From positions 1,897,679 through 1,961,678 of the forward strand of contig JAWKXN010000001.1 of the NCBI GenBank assembly GCA_041396965.1: a DNA stretch of 64,000 nt, read 5' to 3'. Positions 27,981-37,930 of the stretch are shown here, one piece after another. Positions within the stretch are counted from its first letter, which is position 1. Every line of letters begins with the position of its first letter. A program made the translations under genes and the position numbers. This stretch comes from Rickettsiales bacterium. Its GTDB lineage: Bacteria; Pseudomonadota; Alphaproteobacteria; Rickettsiales; SXRF01. Under the pieces are notes generated by a model that was not told the DNA's origin, did no database searches, and was given only the letters and a program-made list of their open reading frames with translations.

Positions 27981-28229
27981 TCAATATAATTGATCAAAAT
28001 TAGGTTCTTGATTTCTAGAAACATAATTACAGCAGGTAAAATCCTTTGTCTCACTATCATAGTAAAAATTCTCAGCCCTAAAATAAGGACAAGGCTCTTT
28101 TTTATGACAAATCCTACTTATTACACTGTTTTTATTATAATGCATACACCCTTCACACACCTTTTCAGATAGCGCTATGGCAGCGGTCTTCGATAGCTTT
28201 TTAGACATAACTACCCCCCCTAGTGTCAA
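27981..28229 (-). CDS. Small cysteine-rich hypothetical protein
   Basis: ORF only. Several paired Cys residues (CEGC, CHKKEPC, CC). No recognisable family. Confidence 0.3.
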   Translation of the reverse strand: MTLGGVVMSKKLSKTAAIALSEKVCEGCMHYNKNSVISRICHKKEPCPYFRAENFYYDSETKDFTCCNYVSRNQEPNFDQLY

Positions 28230-28269
28230 ACACTAGAAACATACCACATTATAAACGAAATAGCACTAA

Positions 28270-28635
28270 TTATTTACATCTGCTAACTGGTGAGTACCAC
28301 ACGGAACACCCACTGGCGAATTTCAACCCATCACAAACACGGTTATAACGAGTATTAGCTCTTATTGGACACTCATCATTAGCATTACAATCAAATTTAC
28401 GAACATTTCCAACCGGATTTTCCGACTGACACATAGTATCGCTACAACGCAATATAGCGTCACTCTCACCTGAGCTTGATATTGTAGCCTCACATTCTTT
28501 CGCGGCAGCTTTTACTTCCTTGCTATATTCTCTGGATAAGTCTTTTTCTTCTGGGTGTGGTATTCCCTGACTTACACCGCTACAACCAGCCATTAACATC
28601 GCTACCGCAACACCAAGTAAATAAATCTTTTTCAT
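28270..28635 (-). CDS. Cysteine-rich lipoprotein
   Basis: Lipobox LMAGC after a signal peptide. GGAG SD upstream. Confidence 0.6.
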   Translation of the reverse strand: MKKIYLLGVAVAMLMAGCSGVSQGIPHPEEKDLSREYSKEVKAAAKECEATISSSGESDAILRCSDTMCQSENPVGNVRKFDCNANDECPIRANTRYNRVCDGLKFASGCSVWYSPVSRCK

Positions 28636-28751
28636 TAATCATCTCCTTTAGCTGACAATAAATACATAATCAAAAAAACAGACGAAATATATACTATAAT
28701 TTATAAAAATACTATTAATGAATAATTTAACCCATCTACTAGTGCTCGTGC

Positions 28752-29744
28752 TTAAGCTACTTTTTTATTTAGCGCGAACCTATAATGACCATCTTCTTCC
28801 TTCTTCGCTTGATACATAGCCTCATCAGCGAGCTTGATTAAATCTTCAGGATACTCTCCTGAACCGCTATAAATCGCTATACCTATGCTCACACCAATAT
28901 TTATTATAATATCTTTAACAACAAACGGCTCTCTTATTGAGTTAATTATTCGCTCCGCCACAATCTTACATGATTCCTCTCCCTGGTTATCAATCTCTTC
29001 CAAAATAATCGCAAATTCATCACCACCGAATCTCGCGGCTATATCGGAATCACGAATACACTTATCAATACGCAACGATGCTTCTTTCAAGACTTTATCA
29101 CCAAAATCATGTCCATAGGTGTCATTTACTGATTTGAATTTATCAAGATCAAGGAACATAACAGCGAAATTATGTGAGTGTCGCTTACTTCTCTGGATAG
29201 TTCCACTTAAATGCCGCTCAAAATAAAAACGATTAAACAAACCAGTTAGCTTATCATAGTGAGCGTTCTTATATAAATCAGCTTCAATATTCGCACGCTT
29301 GAAAGAATCTTTTACCACACCAAGAAAATCAATTTGCGGTATATTATGTTTAGTAAGATAATCACAGGCACCACTAGTAATAGCGCTTGCCGCAATCTCT
29401 TCACTACCCTGACCAGTTAACATTATAATCGGGGTAAAACACCCACGCTCTTTAACTTTATTAATAAAGTCTATACCATCACCATCAGGCAACATATAAT
29501 CAACGAATATACAATCATATCTCCCTTTGTTAAACTCCTCAAACCCAGAGCGTAAATCATCAGCTTCCACATAACTAGCATTAAATCCAGCTTTGGATAC
29601 GCATCTCCTGATATTAAGTCGGTCAACTCTATCATCATCTATAATCAGAAGACGTAAATTCGCCCCTTTTTCTGGTATACGTATGGATTGTGAATATTGG
29701 TTCATACTATTTCTCCCTATTGTGGCATTTCCACTATACGCCAA
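28752..29744 (-). CDS. Response regulator with GGDEF diguanylate cyclase output
   Basis: Receiver domain (LLIIDDD...DYMLPDGDG) followed by RFGGDEF. Confidence 0.85.
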   Translation of the reverse strand: MAYSGNATIGRNSMNQYSQSIRIPEKGANLRLLIIDDDRVDRLNIRRCVSKAGFNASYVEADDLRSGFEEFNKGRYDCIFVDYMLPDGDGIDFINKVKERGCFTPIIMLTGQGSEEIAASAITSGACDYLTKHNIPQIDFLGVVKDSFKRANIEADLYKNAHYDKLTGLFNRFYFERHLSGTIQRSKRHSHNFAVMFLDLDKFKSVNDTYGHDFGDKVLKEASLRIDKCIRDSDIAARFGGDEFAIILEEIDNQGEESCKIVAERIINSIREPFVVKDIIINIGVSIGIAIYSGSGEYPEDLIKLADEAMYQAKKEEDGHYRFALNKKVA

Positions 29745-30169
29745 TAACTATCAAGCAAATCAATCAATCTTATAAAATCATCGCCAGCATTTTCTTTTAG
29801 TATATAACCGGCTATGTTTAGATTATAAGCAGCAGCCATGTCTTCATCATGCTTAGATGTAGTAAGCACAAAAACGACAGATGATTTTAACTCTTCATCA
29901 TTTCTTATCTCAGTAATAAGCTCAATACCACCCATACGCGGCATATTAAGATCTACTAACAACAGATAAGGCTCAGAAACTAATTCCACACCTTCTCTGC
30001 CCTTTAGCATATTCAGCGCTTCTATACCATCACGCGCTCTATGCACTGGGTTTATAATTTTGGCGTTCTTCAATGCCCTCCGTAGACCTGATGCGTCTAC
30101 ATCATCGTCTTCAACAAGCAATATATGAACGGTTCTGTTATTGCAGTCCGTATAGCTATTTTCCTTCAT
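29717..30169 (-). CDS. Single-domain CheY-like response regulator
   Basis: ILLVEDDDVD...DLNMPRMGG. Start moved to MKENS (AGGGAGA SD), which overlaps the kinase stop. Confidence 0.8.
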   Translation of the reverse strand: MKENSYTDCNNRTVHILLVEDDDVDASGLRRALKNAKIINPVHRARDGIEALNMLKGREGVELVSEPYLLLVDLNMPRMGGIELITEIRNDEELKSSVVFVLTTSKHDEDMAAAYNLNIAGYILKENAGDDFIRLIDLLDSYWRIVEMPQ

Positions 30170-31844
30170 TATTTTTTCTCCCTTTGATTTTTGACCAAGT
30201 AAAGCGGAAAACCGCGCCACTACCTTCCGTTGACTCAATATAAATGTTACCGTTCATGGTTGTTACTATCTTAGATACTAATGCCAGCCCCATACCATTC
30301 CCCTCAACCTTGTCTCTTGGCTGTAGTGTCTGAAACATCTCAAATATCTTTCTGTGGAACTTCTCAGCTATACCCGGACCGTCATCCTTCACAGAAATTT
30401 CATAATGAGTATTCATTTCCTTTGCGGAAACTTCTATATGCCCATCATCCTTATCGTGATGTTTAATAGCGTTATTAATCAAGTTAAGCATTACCTGATG
30501 CAACGGCATTCTATATACAAGTAATCCATTGAATGTATCGTCAGCTGATATGGTAAAGTCTTTAGGTGGGTTCAAAAGCTGTTTTATATCAGTTATTAAA
30601 TCACTTCCTTTTATCACTGGGTTATCTTTATTATTGATTTTTACTCCAATCCGTGAATATTCAAGCAAACTATCCAAGAGATTATTCATACGTCTTACTC
30701 GTCCGCGTAGAGTTTCCATGTTTTCTTTATTGTCACCATCCAGTAACGGACCCAAATCTTCTTCCAACCAATTAGATAACTGATCAATAGCACGAAGAGG
30801 AGCCTTAAGATCGTGAGATGCTACATAAGCGAAACGTTCTAGCTCTTCATTAGAGCGTTTTAAGGCTATAGTTTGCATCTTTACTATATTCTGTATACGT
30901 ATATTCTGATTTACTAGAGAAAATACGAACATACTTAGAACTATAGTAACTAGTGTTCCAGCCACCAATACTATCCATGGCAAAAAGTCAACAGCCTGAG
31001 CCAGATATTGTTGTGTGGGAACAAATAATATTTTCCACTCACAAGTTAAAAGTTCTACTGTCTCCTCTCTATAGAACGGTGATTTTCTTATCACATTATC
31101 ATAAGATAATTCAGGAGTTGATGAAAAATGATGTCCCTCTATATCGCTATAATAAAATAGCCTTCTTTTATCACCATCATTTTTATATACATACACTGAT
31201 AAATCTTCGTTATTATCTTGCCAATTCATAGTAGCAGAAAATGTTTTCATTAAATCCAGTATACTTACCAAATATCCTTTTATGTGCCGCTTATCGTATA
31301 CAGGAAAAATAAACGCTAAATCGCTACTATTGTGCTCACCAGTAAAAAACTTAAACGGTCCTACGACAGTATTTTTTTTCTGCTTAGATGCTTTTTCAAT
31401 AGAATTTACTATTGCATCACTATTTTTAATAGGCACGTTTTTTGGGTTTATATCCTGACCAAGCTTTATGAATTCCATGTCATTATATTTATTATCACTA
31501 GGAATCAAGAAGGACGCGGCAAACTCCCCTCTTGAGAACAAAGGTGAAATAATCTGGAAGAACTGTTCTTCTTTAAGAGCATTAACAGAAGCAATCGCTC
31601 CTGCTGCTATTTCTTGTCCCCTTATGTACGCATTAAAACGATGAACTAGTTGTGTATATTGACTTTGACTATAATTATGAAAGTCATGCTCCAGCTTATC
31701 AACTTTGTAGTGCAGGGTGACGATGAAAGCGGCAGCAGAAAGACTTATACCAACCATAGTTACTAATATAGGAAAAATATACCTCCTCAATAACGGTGCC
31801 AGTGTCAATATTTCATCGCGTTTCTTCTTGTAGCCATCTTCCAT
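30156..31844 (-). CDS. Sensor histidine kinase with a periplasmic sensing domain
   Basis: Two TM segments flank a ~250-aa loop. H-box SHDLKAPLR. ATPase N/G boxes LNLINNAIKH and GNGMGLA. Confidence 0.85.
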   Translation of the reverse strand: MEDGYKKKRDEILTLAPLLRRYIFPILVTMVGISLSAAAFIVTLHYKVDKLEHDFHNYSQSQYTQLVHRFNAYIRGQEIAAGAIASVNALKEEQFFQIISPLFSRGEFAASFLIPSDNKYNDMEFIKLGQDINPKNVPIKNSDAIVNSIEKASKQKKNTVVGPFKFFTGEHNSSDLAFIFPVYDKRHIKGYLVSILDLMKTFSATMNWQDNNEDLSVYVYKNDGDKRRLFYYSDIEGHHFSSTPELSYDNVIRKSPFYREETVELLTCEWKILFVPTQQYLAQAVDFLPWIVLVAGTLVTIVLSMFVFSLVNQNIRIQNIVKMQTIALKRSNEELERFAYVASHDLKAPLRAIDQLSNWLEEDLGPLLDGDNKENMETLRGRVRRMNNLLDSLLEYSRIGVKINNKDNPVIKGSDLITDIKQLLNPPKDFTISADDTFNGLLVYRMPLHQVMLNLINNAIKHHDKDDGHIEVSAKEMNTHYEISVKDDGPGIAEKFHRKIFEMFQTLQPRDKVEGNGMGLALVSKIVTTMNGNIYIESTEGSGAVFRFTWSKIKGRKNNEGK

Positions 31845-31984
31845 AATTTATTTAATATTATTATTGGTTATCTTCTTCTGTAAATATATCTAAAAGTCTG
31901 CGGATAAGTGGAATCATCAATATAGCGGTAGCAATAGAAAACACAGCCGTTACGGCTTTTATTATTCCTTGAAAATAGTGAATC

Positions 31985-32512
31985 TCCGCCAGCTTACGCA
32001 GGCGGTTTCACTCTAGTTCAAGCTTCGCTTGGCCACAATCTTCCTGCCCTTGTTTTTCTATATAACGCTGTATAATCTTTTCATTTATCCCCACCGTAGA
32101 AACAAAATAACTGCCCGACCATATACTATCTGTACCCCAATACACCTTTTTGAGAAACGGAAACTTTACCTTGATTTTGCGTGCTGTATTCGTCTTAATT
32201 ATTCGTACAACATCTCCTACGCTCATCTTTGGAGGAATAGACACAAGAATATGTATATGATCTTTATCATCATTATATTCCATAATATCTATTTCTGGAT
32301 AATGTTCCGTTATTTCATAGAGTCTATTCCTCAAAAATTCGCTAACACCTTCGTTGATAATCTTACGACGGTATTTAGTCGCAAAAACAAGGTGATAGTG
32401 ACATAGATAGATGCAGTTATTTTGTTTCCTGTAACTCATATATTATTTGTAGCAGGAAGATTGTAGCTGCGCTACATCCGCCAGCTCACGCAGGCGGTCT
32501 TAGAACGCGGAT
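31985..32512 (-). mobile_element. IS200/IS605-family insertion (tnpA only)
   Basis: A Y1 HUH transposase gene is flanked by near-identical subterminal hairpins: ccgccagcttacgcaggcgg (31988) and ccgccagctcacgcaggcgg (32478). Boundaries are approximate. Confidence 0.75.
32008..32439 (-). CDS. tnpA: IS200/IS605 family transposase TnpA (Y1 HUH)
   Basis: HYHLVFATKYRRK (HUH motif), a 143-aa size, and SYFVSTVG near the C-terminus. Confidence 0.9.
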   Translation of the reverse strand: MSYRKQNNCIYLCHYHLVFATKYRRKIINEGVSEFLRNRLYEITEHYPEIDIMEYNDDKDHIHILVSIPPKMSVGDVVRIIKTNTARKIKVKFPFLKKVYWGTDSIWSGSYFVSTVGINEKIIQRYIEKQGQEDCGQAKLELE

Positions 32513-33035
32513 AAATAGGATGCCACAACACTACAACCGACAGTAAATGTGTTACCCCACACGACACAATGAACAGGGCAAACATTACGAATGCCCAAGA
32601 AAAAGGAATATTTTGCTTTCGTTTAATAAGTAAATACATGATGGTGAGTGGAATAATAAAATAGGCGAGCGCTATCGCTACATCAGCTACAACATGCATC
32701 CACACCAATTCAGGTTGCCACAAAAGACAATATCCATGTGGCATATAACGACTTATATCAAATAATCTTTCCATGTTTGCCATCTATATTTATAATTTTT
32801 ATACATATACTTATGATAGCAAAAATATATTTTTTAGTAATTAAAACATTGCATGATTCCCATATTATGACGTAACATTAATATATTGCGTCAATTTAAG
32901 AAGCCACCGCAAAAAACAACTATAAATCACGATAAAGTGTTGATAAATAAGCCAACAATTAAAATTGCCTTAATTGTTCCTCTAAAGAAAATCCCAAAAT
33001 AAAACTTACAATGAAATTACATATTAAAATACAAA

Positions 33036-34277
33036 TTAATTTTTTTCATTAATACTATCTTTTAATGAATTATCATCGCTATTTTTTTTCGTCATTGAAA
33101 GAATAATAAAACCTAATATAGCCGATAACACTGAACCAGTTATAACTCCTATTTTAATTTCATCCTGCACTGATTCAGGAAACGCGAGTATCCCAATAAA
33201 TAAACTCATAGTAAAACCAATGCCGGCAAGGGCGGAAACCCCGTAAACATGCAACCAACTAGTTGAATCTGGAAGCTTTGCGAGATTACACTTTATAGCA
33301 ATCCATGTAGTCCCAAAAATACCAATCTGTTTGCCAAAAAATAATGATAAGGCGATACCTATAGGTATCGGATTCAATAAATGTTGTAATGTAAGTCCGG
33401 CAAAACTTACTCCCGCGCTAGTAAAAGCAAATATCGGCAGAATAACAAAAGCAACCCAAGGATGTAAAAAATGAATAGCTTTATTTACCGGTGACTTCTC
33501 ATTATTCTTGCCAGCCTTCATAGGAATAAACAATCCTACTAAAACACCTGCTATTGTCGCGTGAATTCCTGAGATATGGAAACAGAACCATAAATATATA
33601 CCAACGACAATATACGGCGTTATCATGCCTATACGCATACGGTTCAAAATAAACAACGCCAATACACCAATAACAGCCAAGCCAAGAGCACTTAAATTAA
33701 GAGCGCCACTATAAAACAAAGCTATTATCAAAATAGCTCCTATATCATCAAAAATCGCTATCGCTAGCAAAAATATCTTTAACGCCGGAGGCACACCACG
33801 CCCTATCAACATTAATATGCCAAGCGCGAAAGCAATATCAGTCGCCGAAGGTATCGCCCAACCATGCCAATTTTCAGGATGTTCATAATTAAACAAAAGA
33901 AAAATAGCCGCCGGTGCCAACATTCCACCAATAGCCGCTAACATCGGTAATATTATCTGATCCTTCTGCGATAAAAATCCACTTACCGCCTCCCGCTTTA
34001 ACTCAAGTCCGATAAGCAAGAAAAACAAGACCATCAATATGTCTTTTACCCATGTCTTAAGAGGCTCAGTCGCGCTATTTTCTGAAAAACCAAACATTAC
34101 AGGAATATTGATAAAATCCTTGTAGCTATCATGTAAAAAACTATTAGCCGAAAACAACGCGAGAGCCGTAGCGATAATCAGAACTATGCCACCTGACGCT
34201 TCCATATTGAGGAAACGTTTCACTATTTTGGGAATAGAAAATCTTTTAGGAATTATACTATCTGGTAGATTTGTCAT
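33036..34277 (-). CDS. nhaA: Na+/H+ antiporter NhaA
   Basis: FLNMEASGGIVLIIATALALFSANS and AIFDDIGAI motifs. About 12 TM segments. Confidence 0.9.
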   Translation of the reverse strand: MTNLPDSIIPKRFSIPKIVKRFLNMEASGGIVLIIATALALFSANSFLHDSYKDFINIPVMFGFSENSATEPLKTWVKDILMVLFFLLIGLELKREAVSGFLSQKDQIILPMLAAIGGMLAPAAIFLLFNYEHPENWHGWAIPSATDIAFALGILMLIGRGVPPALKIFLLAIAIFDDIGAILIIALFYSGALNLSALGLAVIGVLALFILNRMRIGMITPYIVVGIYLWFCFHISGIHATIAGVLVGLFIPMKAGKNNEKSPVNKAIHFLHPWVAFVILPIFAFTSAGVSFAGLTLQHLLNPIPIGIALSLFFGKQIGIFGTTWIAIKCNLAKLPDSTSWLHVYGVSALAGIGFTMSLFIGILAFPESVQDEIKIGVITGSVLSAILGFIILSMTKKNSDDNSLKDSINEKN

Positions 34278-34389
34278 CGCTATAATCTTGAATTAGGTTA
34301 CTGAGCTATATATAAAACTATTATTGGTTATAAAAACAGCGATGAACTGTCAATGTAAATGACTGTTTTATACTATAGGAAATATTTTT

Positions 34390-35478
34390 ATGGCGGATTT
34401 TTGGAACGAACTAGTTTTAATTATTAATAAAAATAGCGAATGGCTAGTACAGATATGTTTAGTTCTATCAGCGACTCTACTTGCTAGCATAATACTACAA
34501 AGGATAATACACCGTATTTACGGAACAATATCTGGTGATAATCCCGCTTCATGGCGCTATGTGATAATCTCATCATTATCTTTACCGGTTAGAGTTTTTG
34601 TCTGGGTTGGCGGTATCACCCTTTCACTCTCAGTATTATACGAGCAATTCCACATAGCGATAATTAAATCACTTCTCGGTTTTCAACCAGCCATTCACAC
34701 CGCTGTTGTCGCATGGTTCCTCGTAAGATTTTCCAGCCGTTATTTTAACTTTGCCGCTATCAAATATGAAAATGTCAGCAACTCAGCGGCTCTTACTATG
34801 GAGAAAGTCGCTAAAACTGTCATATTAATAGCGATGATTCTGCTTATCCTACCAAGTCTTGGCATAAGCATAAATGGTCTACTTACTTTTGGTGGTATCG
34901 GCGGAATAGTAGTAGGGCTCGCTGCTAAAGATATGATCGCTAACCTGTTTGGCGCGATTATGATCCATTTTGACCGCCCATTTGCCATCGGTGACTGGGT
35001 CGCCATACCAGAAAAAGACGTGGAGGGAACTGTGGAAAATATCGGCTGGCGACAGGTCGTTATCCGCCGCTTTGATAAACGTCCAGTTTTTGTGCCTAAT
35101 TCCATGTTTGGCAATATGGTAGTCATAAACCCCAGCAGAATGACCCATCGCCGCTTTAATGAAATTATCGGTATTCGTTATGATGATATAAAACTGGTTT
35201 CTCAGATAGTAAACGATATAAAAGATTATCTGTTAAACCACCAACAAATAGATAAAAAAGCTGCGCTTTTGGTTAATCTTGATAAATTTTCCGCCTATTC
35301 TGTGGATATTTTTGTCTACGCTCTTTCAAGAAACACCGATTGGGCTGGATTTCTTGATATAAAACAAGAGATATTGCTTAAAATAAGCGACATAATATCA
35401 GCGCATGGCGCGGAAATCGCCTTTCCAACACAACTTGTACAACTTTCTAGTAATGCTGATATTATTCCTAATAACTAA
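34390..35478 (+). CDS. Mechanosensitive ion channel (MscS family)
   Basis: TM N-terminus followed by the conserved segment ...FDRPFAIGDWV...GTVENIGWRQVVIRRFD. Confidence 0.85.
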   Translation: MADFWNELVLIINKNSEWLVQICLVLSATLLASIILQRIIHRIYGTISGDNPASWRYVIISSLSLPVRVFVWVGGITLSLSVLYEQFHIAIIKSLLGFQPAIHTAVVAWFLVRFSSRYFNFAAIKYENVSNSAALTMEKVAKTVILIAMILLILPSLGISINGLLTFGGIGGIVVGLAAKDMIANLFGAIMIHFDRPFAIGDWVAIPEKDVEGTVENIGWRQVVIRRFDKRPVFVPNSMFGNMVVINPSRMTHRRFNEIIGIRYDDIKLVSQIVNDIKDYLLNHQQIDKKAALLVNLDKFSAYSVDIFVYALSRNTDWAGFLDIKQEILLKISDIISAHGAEIAFPTQLVQLSSNADIIPNN

Positions 35479-35786
35479 TATATACCAACTACAGGACAAG
35501 TCAGGTCGTGTTAGCCTTTAGCTATGCTCTGCACAGGCGACAGTAGTCCCGTAGTAGGAGTGAGATAAATTTATTTTTATGAATAAAGATAAAATTGAAT
35601 TACTATAGCTTCTTATCTACGATTATTGTAGTTGACTGTTTAACGTAATTGTTTTACTTTAGCTGCTTGTTTATATCCTTACCCCCTCCTAATATTTTAA
35701 GTTATTTATAAAATGAGCGCATAGCTGTTTTTTGTCCCCTGTAATCTCTCAATATAATATTATCAACTTTTTAATCCGGTATAATT

Positions 35787-37046
35787 ATGAATATACAAGA
35801 ACTTAAACTGAAAAGTCCTGACGAACTCCTAAAACTAGCGGAAGAAGGGCAAATTGAAAATGCCAGCACCATGCTCAAACAAGAAATGATTTTCGCTATC
35901 CTAAAAAAGAAAGCGGAAGAAGGGGAGGCTATTCTTGGTGAGGGGGTGGTGGAAGTATTACAGGATGGTTTTGGGTTTCTGCGTTCCCCACTTGCTAATT
36001 ATCTAGCTGGTCCTGATGATATTTATGTATCTCCCAGCCAAATACGCCGCTTCGCGCTGCGTACTGGTGATACGGTAGAAGGTGAGATTCGCGCGCCAAA
36101 GGATGGTGAGCGTTATTTCGCTATGCTCAAAATCAACAAAATTAATTATGACGACCCTGAACAAGTTCGGCAACGTATAAATTTTGATAATCTTACGCCT
36201 TTATATCCTGAAAAAAGGATTAAGCTTGAGATAGAGGACCGACCAGACAAAAAAGACCTATCAATGCGAGTGGCGGATATTGTCGCCCCAATAGGTTTCG
36301 GACAACGCGCTCTTATTACCGCACAGCCAAGAACTGGTAAAACGGTATTCCTACAGAATATAGCTCACTCAATTACCGCTAATCACCCCGACGCTTATCT
36401 AATAGTTCTGCTAATTGACGAACGTCCTGAGGAAGTAACAGATATGCAACGCACGGTAAGAGGAGAAGTAGTATCCTCAACTTTTGATGAACCGGCAGTT
36501 CGTCACGTGCAGCTTGCAGAAATGGTTATAGAAAAAGCCAAAAAATTGGTTGAGCATAAAAAGGATGTAGTGATATTGCTGGACTCTATAACTCGTCTAG
36601 CGCGTGCTTATAATACGGTAGTTCCATCATCAGGAAAAGTACTTACCGGTGGTGTTGACGCTAACGCGCTGCAACGTCCGAAAAGATTTTTTGGAGCCGC
36701 TCGTAACATAGAGCACGGTGGCTCCCTTACCATAATCGCCACCGCTCTTATTGATACCGGTTCACGTATGGATGAAGTTATTTTTGAGGAATTCAAAGGA
36801 ACCGGTAACAGCGAAATAGTACTAGATCGTAAAATGGCTGATAAACGCATATTCCCTTCTATTGATATTACTAAGTCCGGAACTCGCAAAGAAGACCTGC
36901 TTGTTGATAAATCTACGCTTACTAAAATGTGGGTGATGCGTAAAATACTCGCTCCAATGGGAGCTATGGAAGGAATAGAGTTCTTGATAGAAAAACTCAC
37001 TGAGACAAAAACTAATTCCGAGTTTTTTGATAAGATGAATTCGTAG
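35787..37046 (+). CDS. rho: Transcription termination factor Rho
   Basis: Full-length 419 aa with the N-terminal RNA-binding region and Walker A PRTGKT. Preceded by a long untranslated leader. Confidence 0.95.
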   Translation: MNIQELKLKSPDELLKLAEEGQIENASTMLKQEMIFAILKKKAEEGEAILGEGVVEVLQDGFGFLRSPLANYLAGPDDIYVSPSQIRRFALRTGDTVEGEIRAPKDGERYFAMLKINKINYDDPEQVRQRINFDNLTPLYPEKRIKLEIEDRPDKKDLSMRVADIVAPIGFGQRALITAQPRTGKTVFLQNIAHSITANHPDAYLIVLLIDERPEEVTDMQRTVRGEVVSSTFDEPAVRHVQLAEMVIEKAKKLVEHKKDVVILLDSITRLARAYNTVVPSSGKVLTGGVDANALQRPKRFFGAARNIEHGGSLTIIATALIDTGSRMDEVIFEEFKGTGNSEIVLDRKMADKRIFPSIDITKSGTRKEDLLVDKSTLTKMWVMRKILAPMGAMEGIEFLIEKLTETKTNSEFFDKMNS

Positions 37047-37072
37047 CCTAAAAATAATCTATGAAATAATCT

Positions 37073-37930
37073 CTAAAAGAACCAATTAACAAAGAATATT
37101 GTATCCTCTCTAACCTTACCGCTTAGAAAGCGCTTATTGACGCTGTATTTGACCCCTGGCTGGAAAGTAATCTCATTACCTATGGGAATACGCAATTTAC
37201 TGCCAACACTAAATGTTACATGGTTATTGTATGAATATTCTTCCTTATCAGCTATATATTTCAATTCTATATAGCTATTTATCGTGACAGCGTCGGTATG
37301 ATACCAGTCCACCCCCTGCTCAACCGCGCCTTCTACAATAATGTTGCTCTCTTCTTCATCATCCTGAGAACCCGGATATCTCACCCCACCCCAAGTAAAT
37401 CCAGGAAATGCTGTATTACGTTTTTTCAGAGAATCAAAAAAAGGTAAATTCCAACCGGCAAACCAATTGGTAAAAAATTGCCCTCCATGCAAAGTACGCT
37501 GAGTTCTCAATCTATAATCCAGCTCATATTTTATTCCATTTTCTACCACAATACCGGAAAATGGATAATATTGCAGAGCGACACCGACCGCTGGTCTTAA
37601 TTTATTATTAAAATCAAAACCCTCTGTATCAGAAACATAATTAACGCTGCCAAAAGCCTTAACAACAAAAGTTGATGAGTAATTCCTTAATATCACGTCT
37701 TTATTAAAAGCGCCCTCAACGATCAGATTGTCATTATCATCTAATTGCTCAGAACTGGGGAAACGTATTTCTCCCCATCCTCTTAGAGGTTGCCAAGCGC
37801 CACCCTTACCATCCACCGGAGGATTAACTTCATTCTTAAAAATAAAAGGCGTTATATCGGTACTTCTTGCCTCTTCCGCAAGTACAGTAACAGGAATTAT
37901 ACAGCACAAAAGAGCCAGTCGCCATTTCAT
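37073..37930 (-). CDS. Outer-membrane beta-barrel protein (possible exopolysaccharide porin)
   Basis: Signal peptide, alternating amphipathic strands and a C-terminal ...VNWFF. Last gene of the EPS cluster. Confidence 0.5.
   Translation of the reverse strand: MKWRLALLCCIIPVTVLAEEARSTDITPFIFKNEVNPPVDGKGGAWQPLRGWGEIRFPSSEQLDDNDNLIVEGAFNKDVILRNYSSTFVVKAFGSVNYVSDTEGFDFNNKLRPAVGVALQYYPFSGIVVENGIKYELDYRLRTQRTLHGGQFFTNWFAGWNLPFFDSLKKRNTAFPGFTWGGVRYPGSQDDEEESNIIVEGAVEQGVDWYHTDAVTINSYIELKYIADKEEYSYNNHVTFSVGSKLRIPIGNEITFQPGVKYSVNKRFLSGKVREDTIFFVNWFF

Larger units (their letters stand above)
31861..32783 (-). pseudogene. Small multi-TM membrane protein gene (MPHGYCLLWQP-type N-terminal sensor module) split by the IS200/IS605 element
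   Basis: The 5' part 32513..32783 ends ...LWHPIY, then reads into IS sequence. The continuation YFQGIIKAVTAVFSIATAILMIPLIRRLLDIFTEEDNQ* is found at 31861..31984, beyond the IS. Confidence 0.6.
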
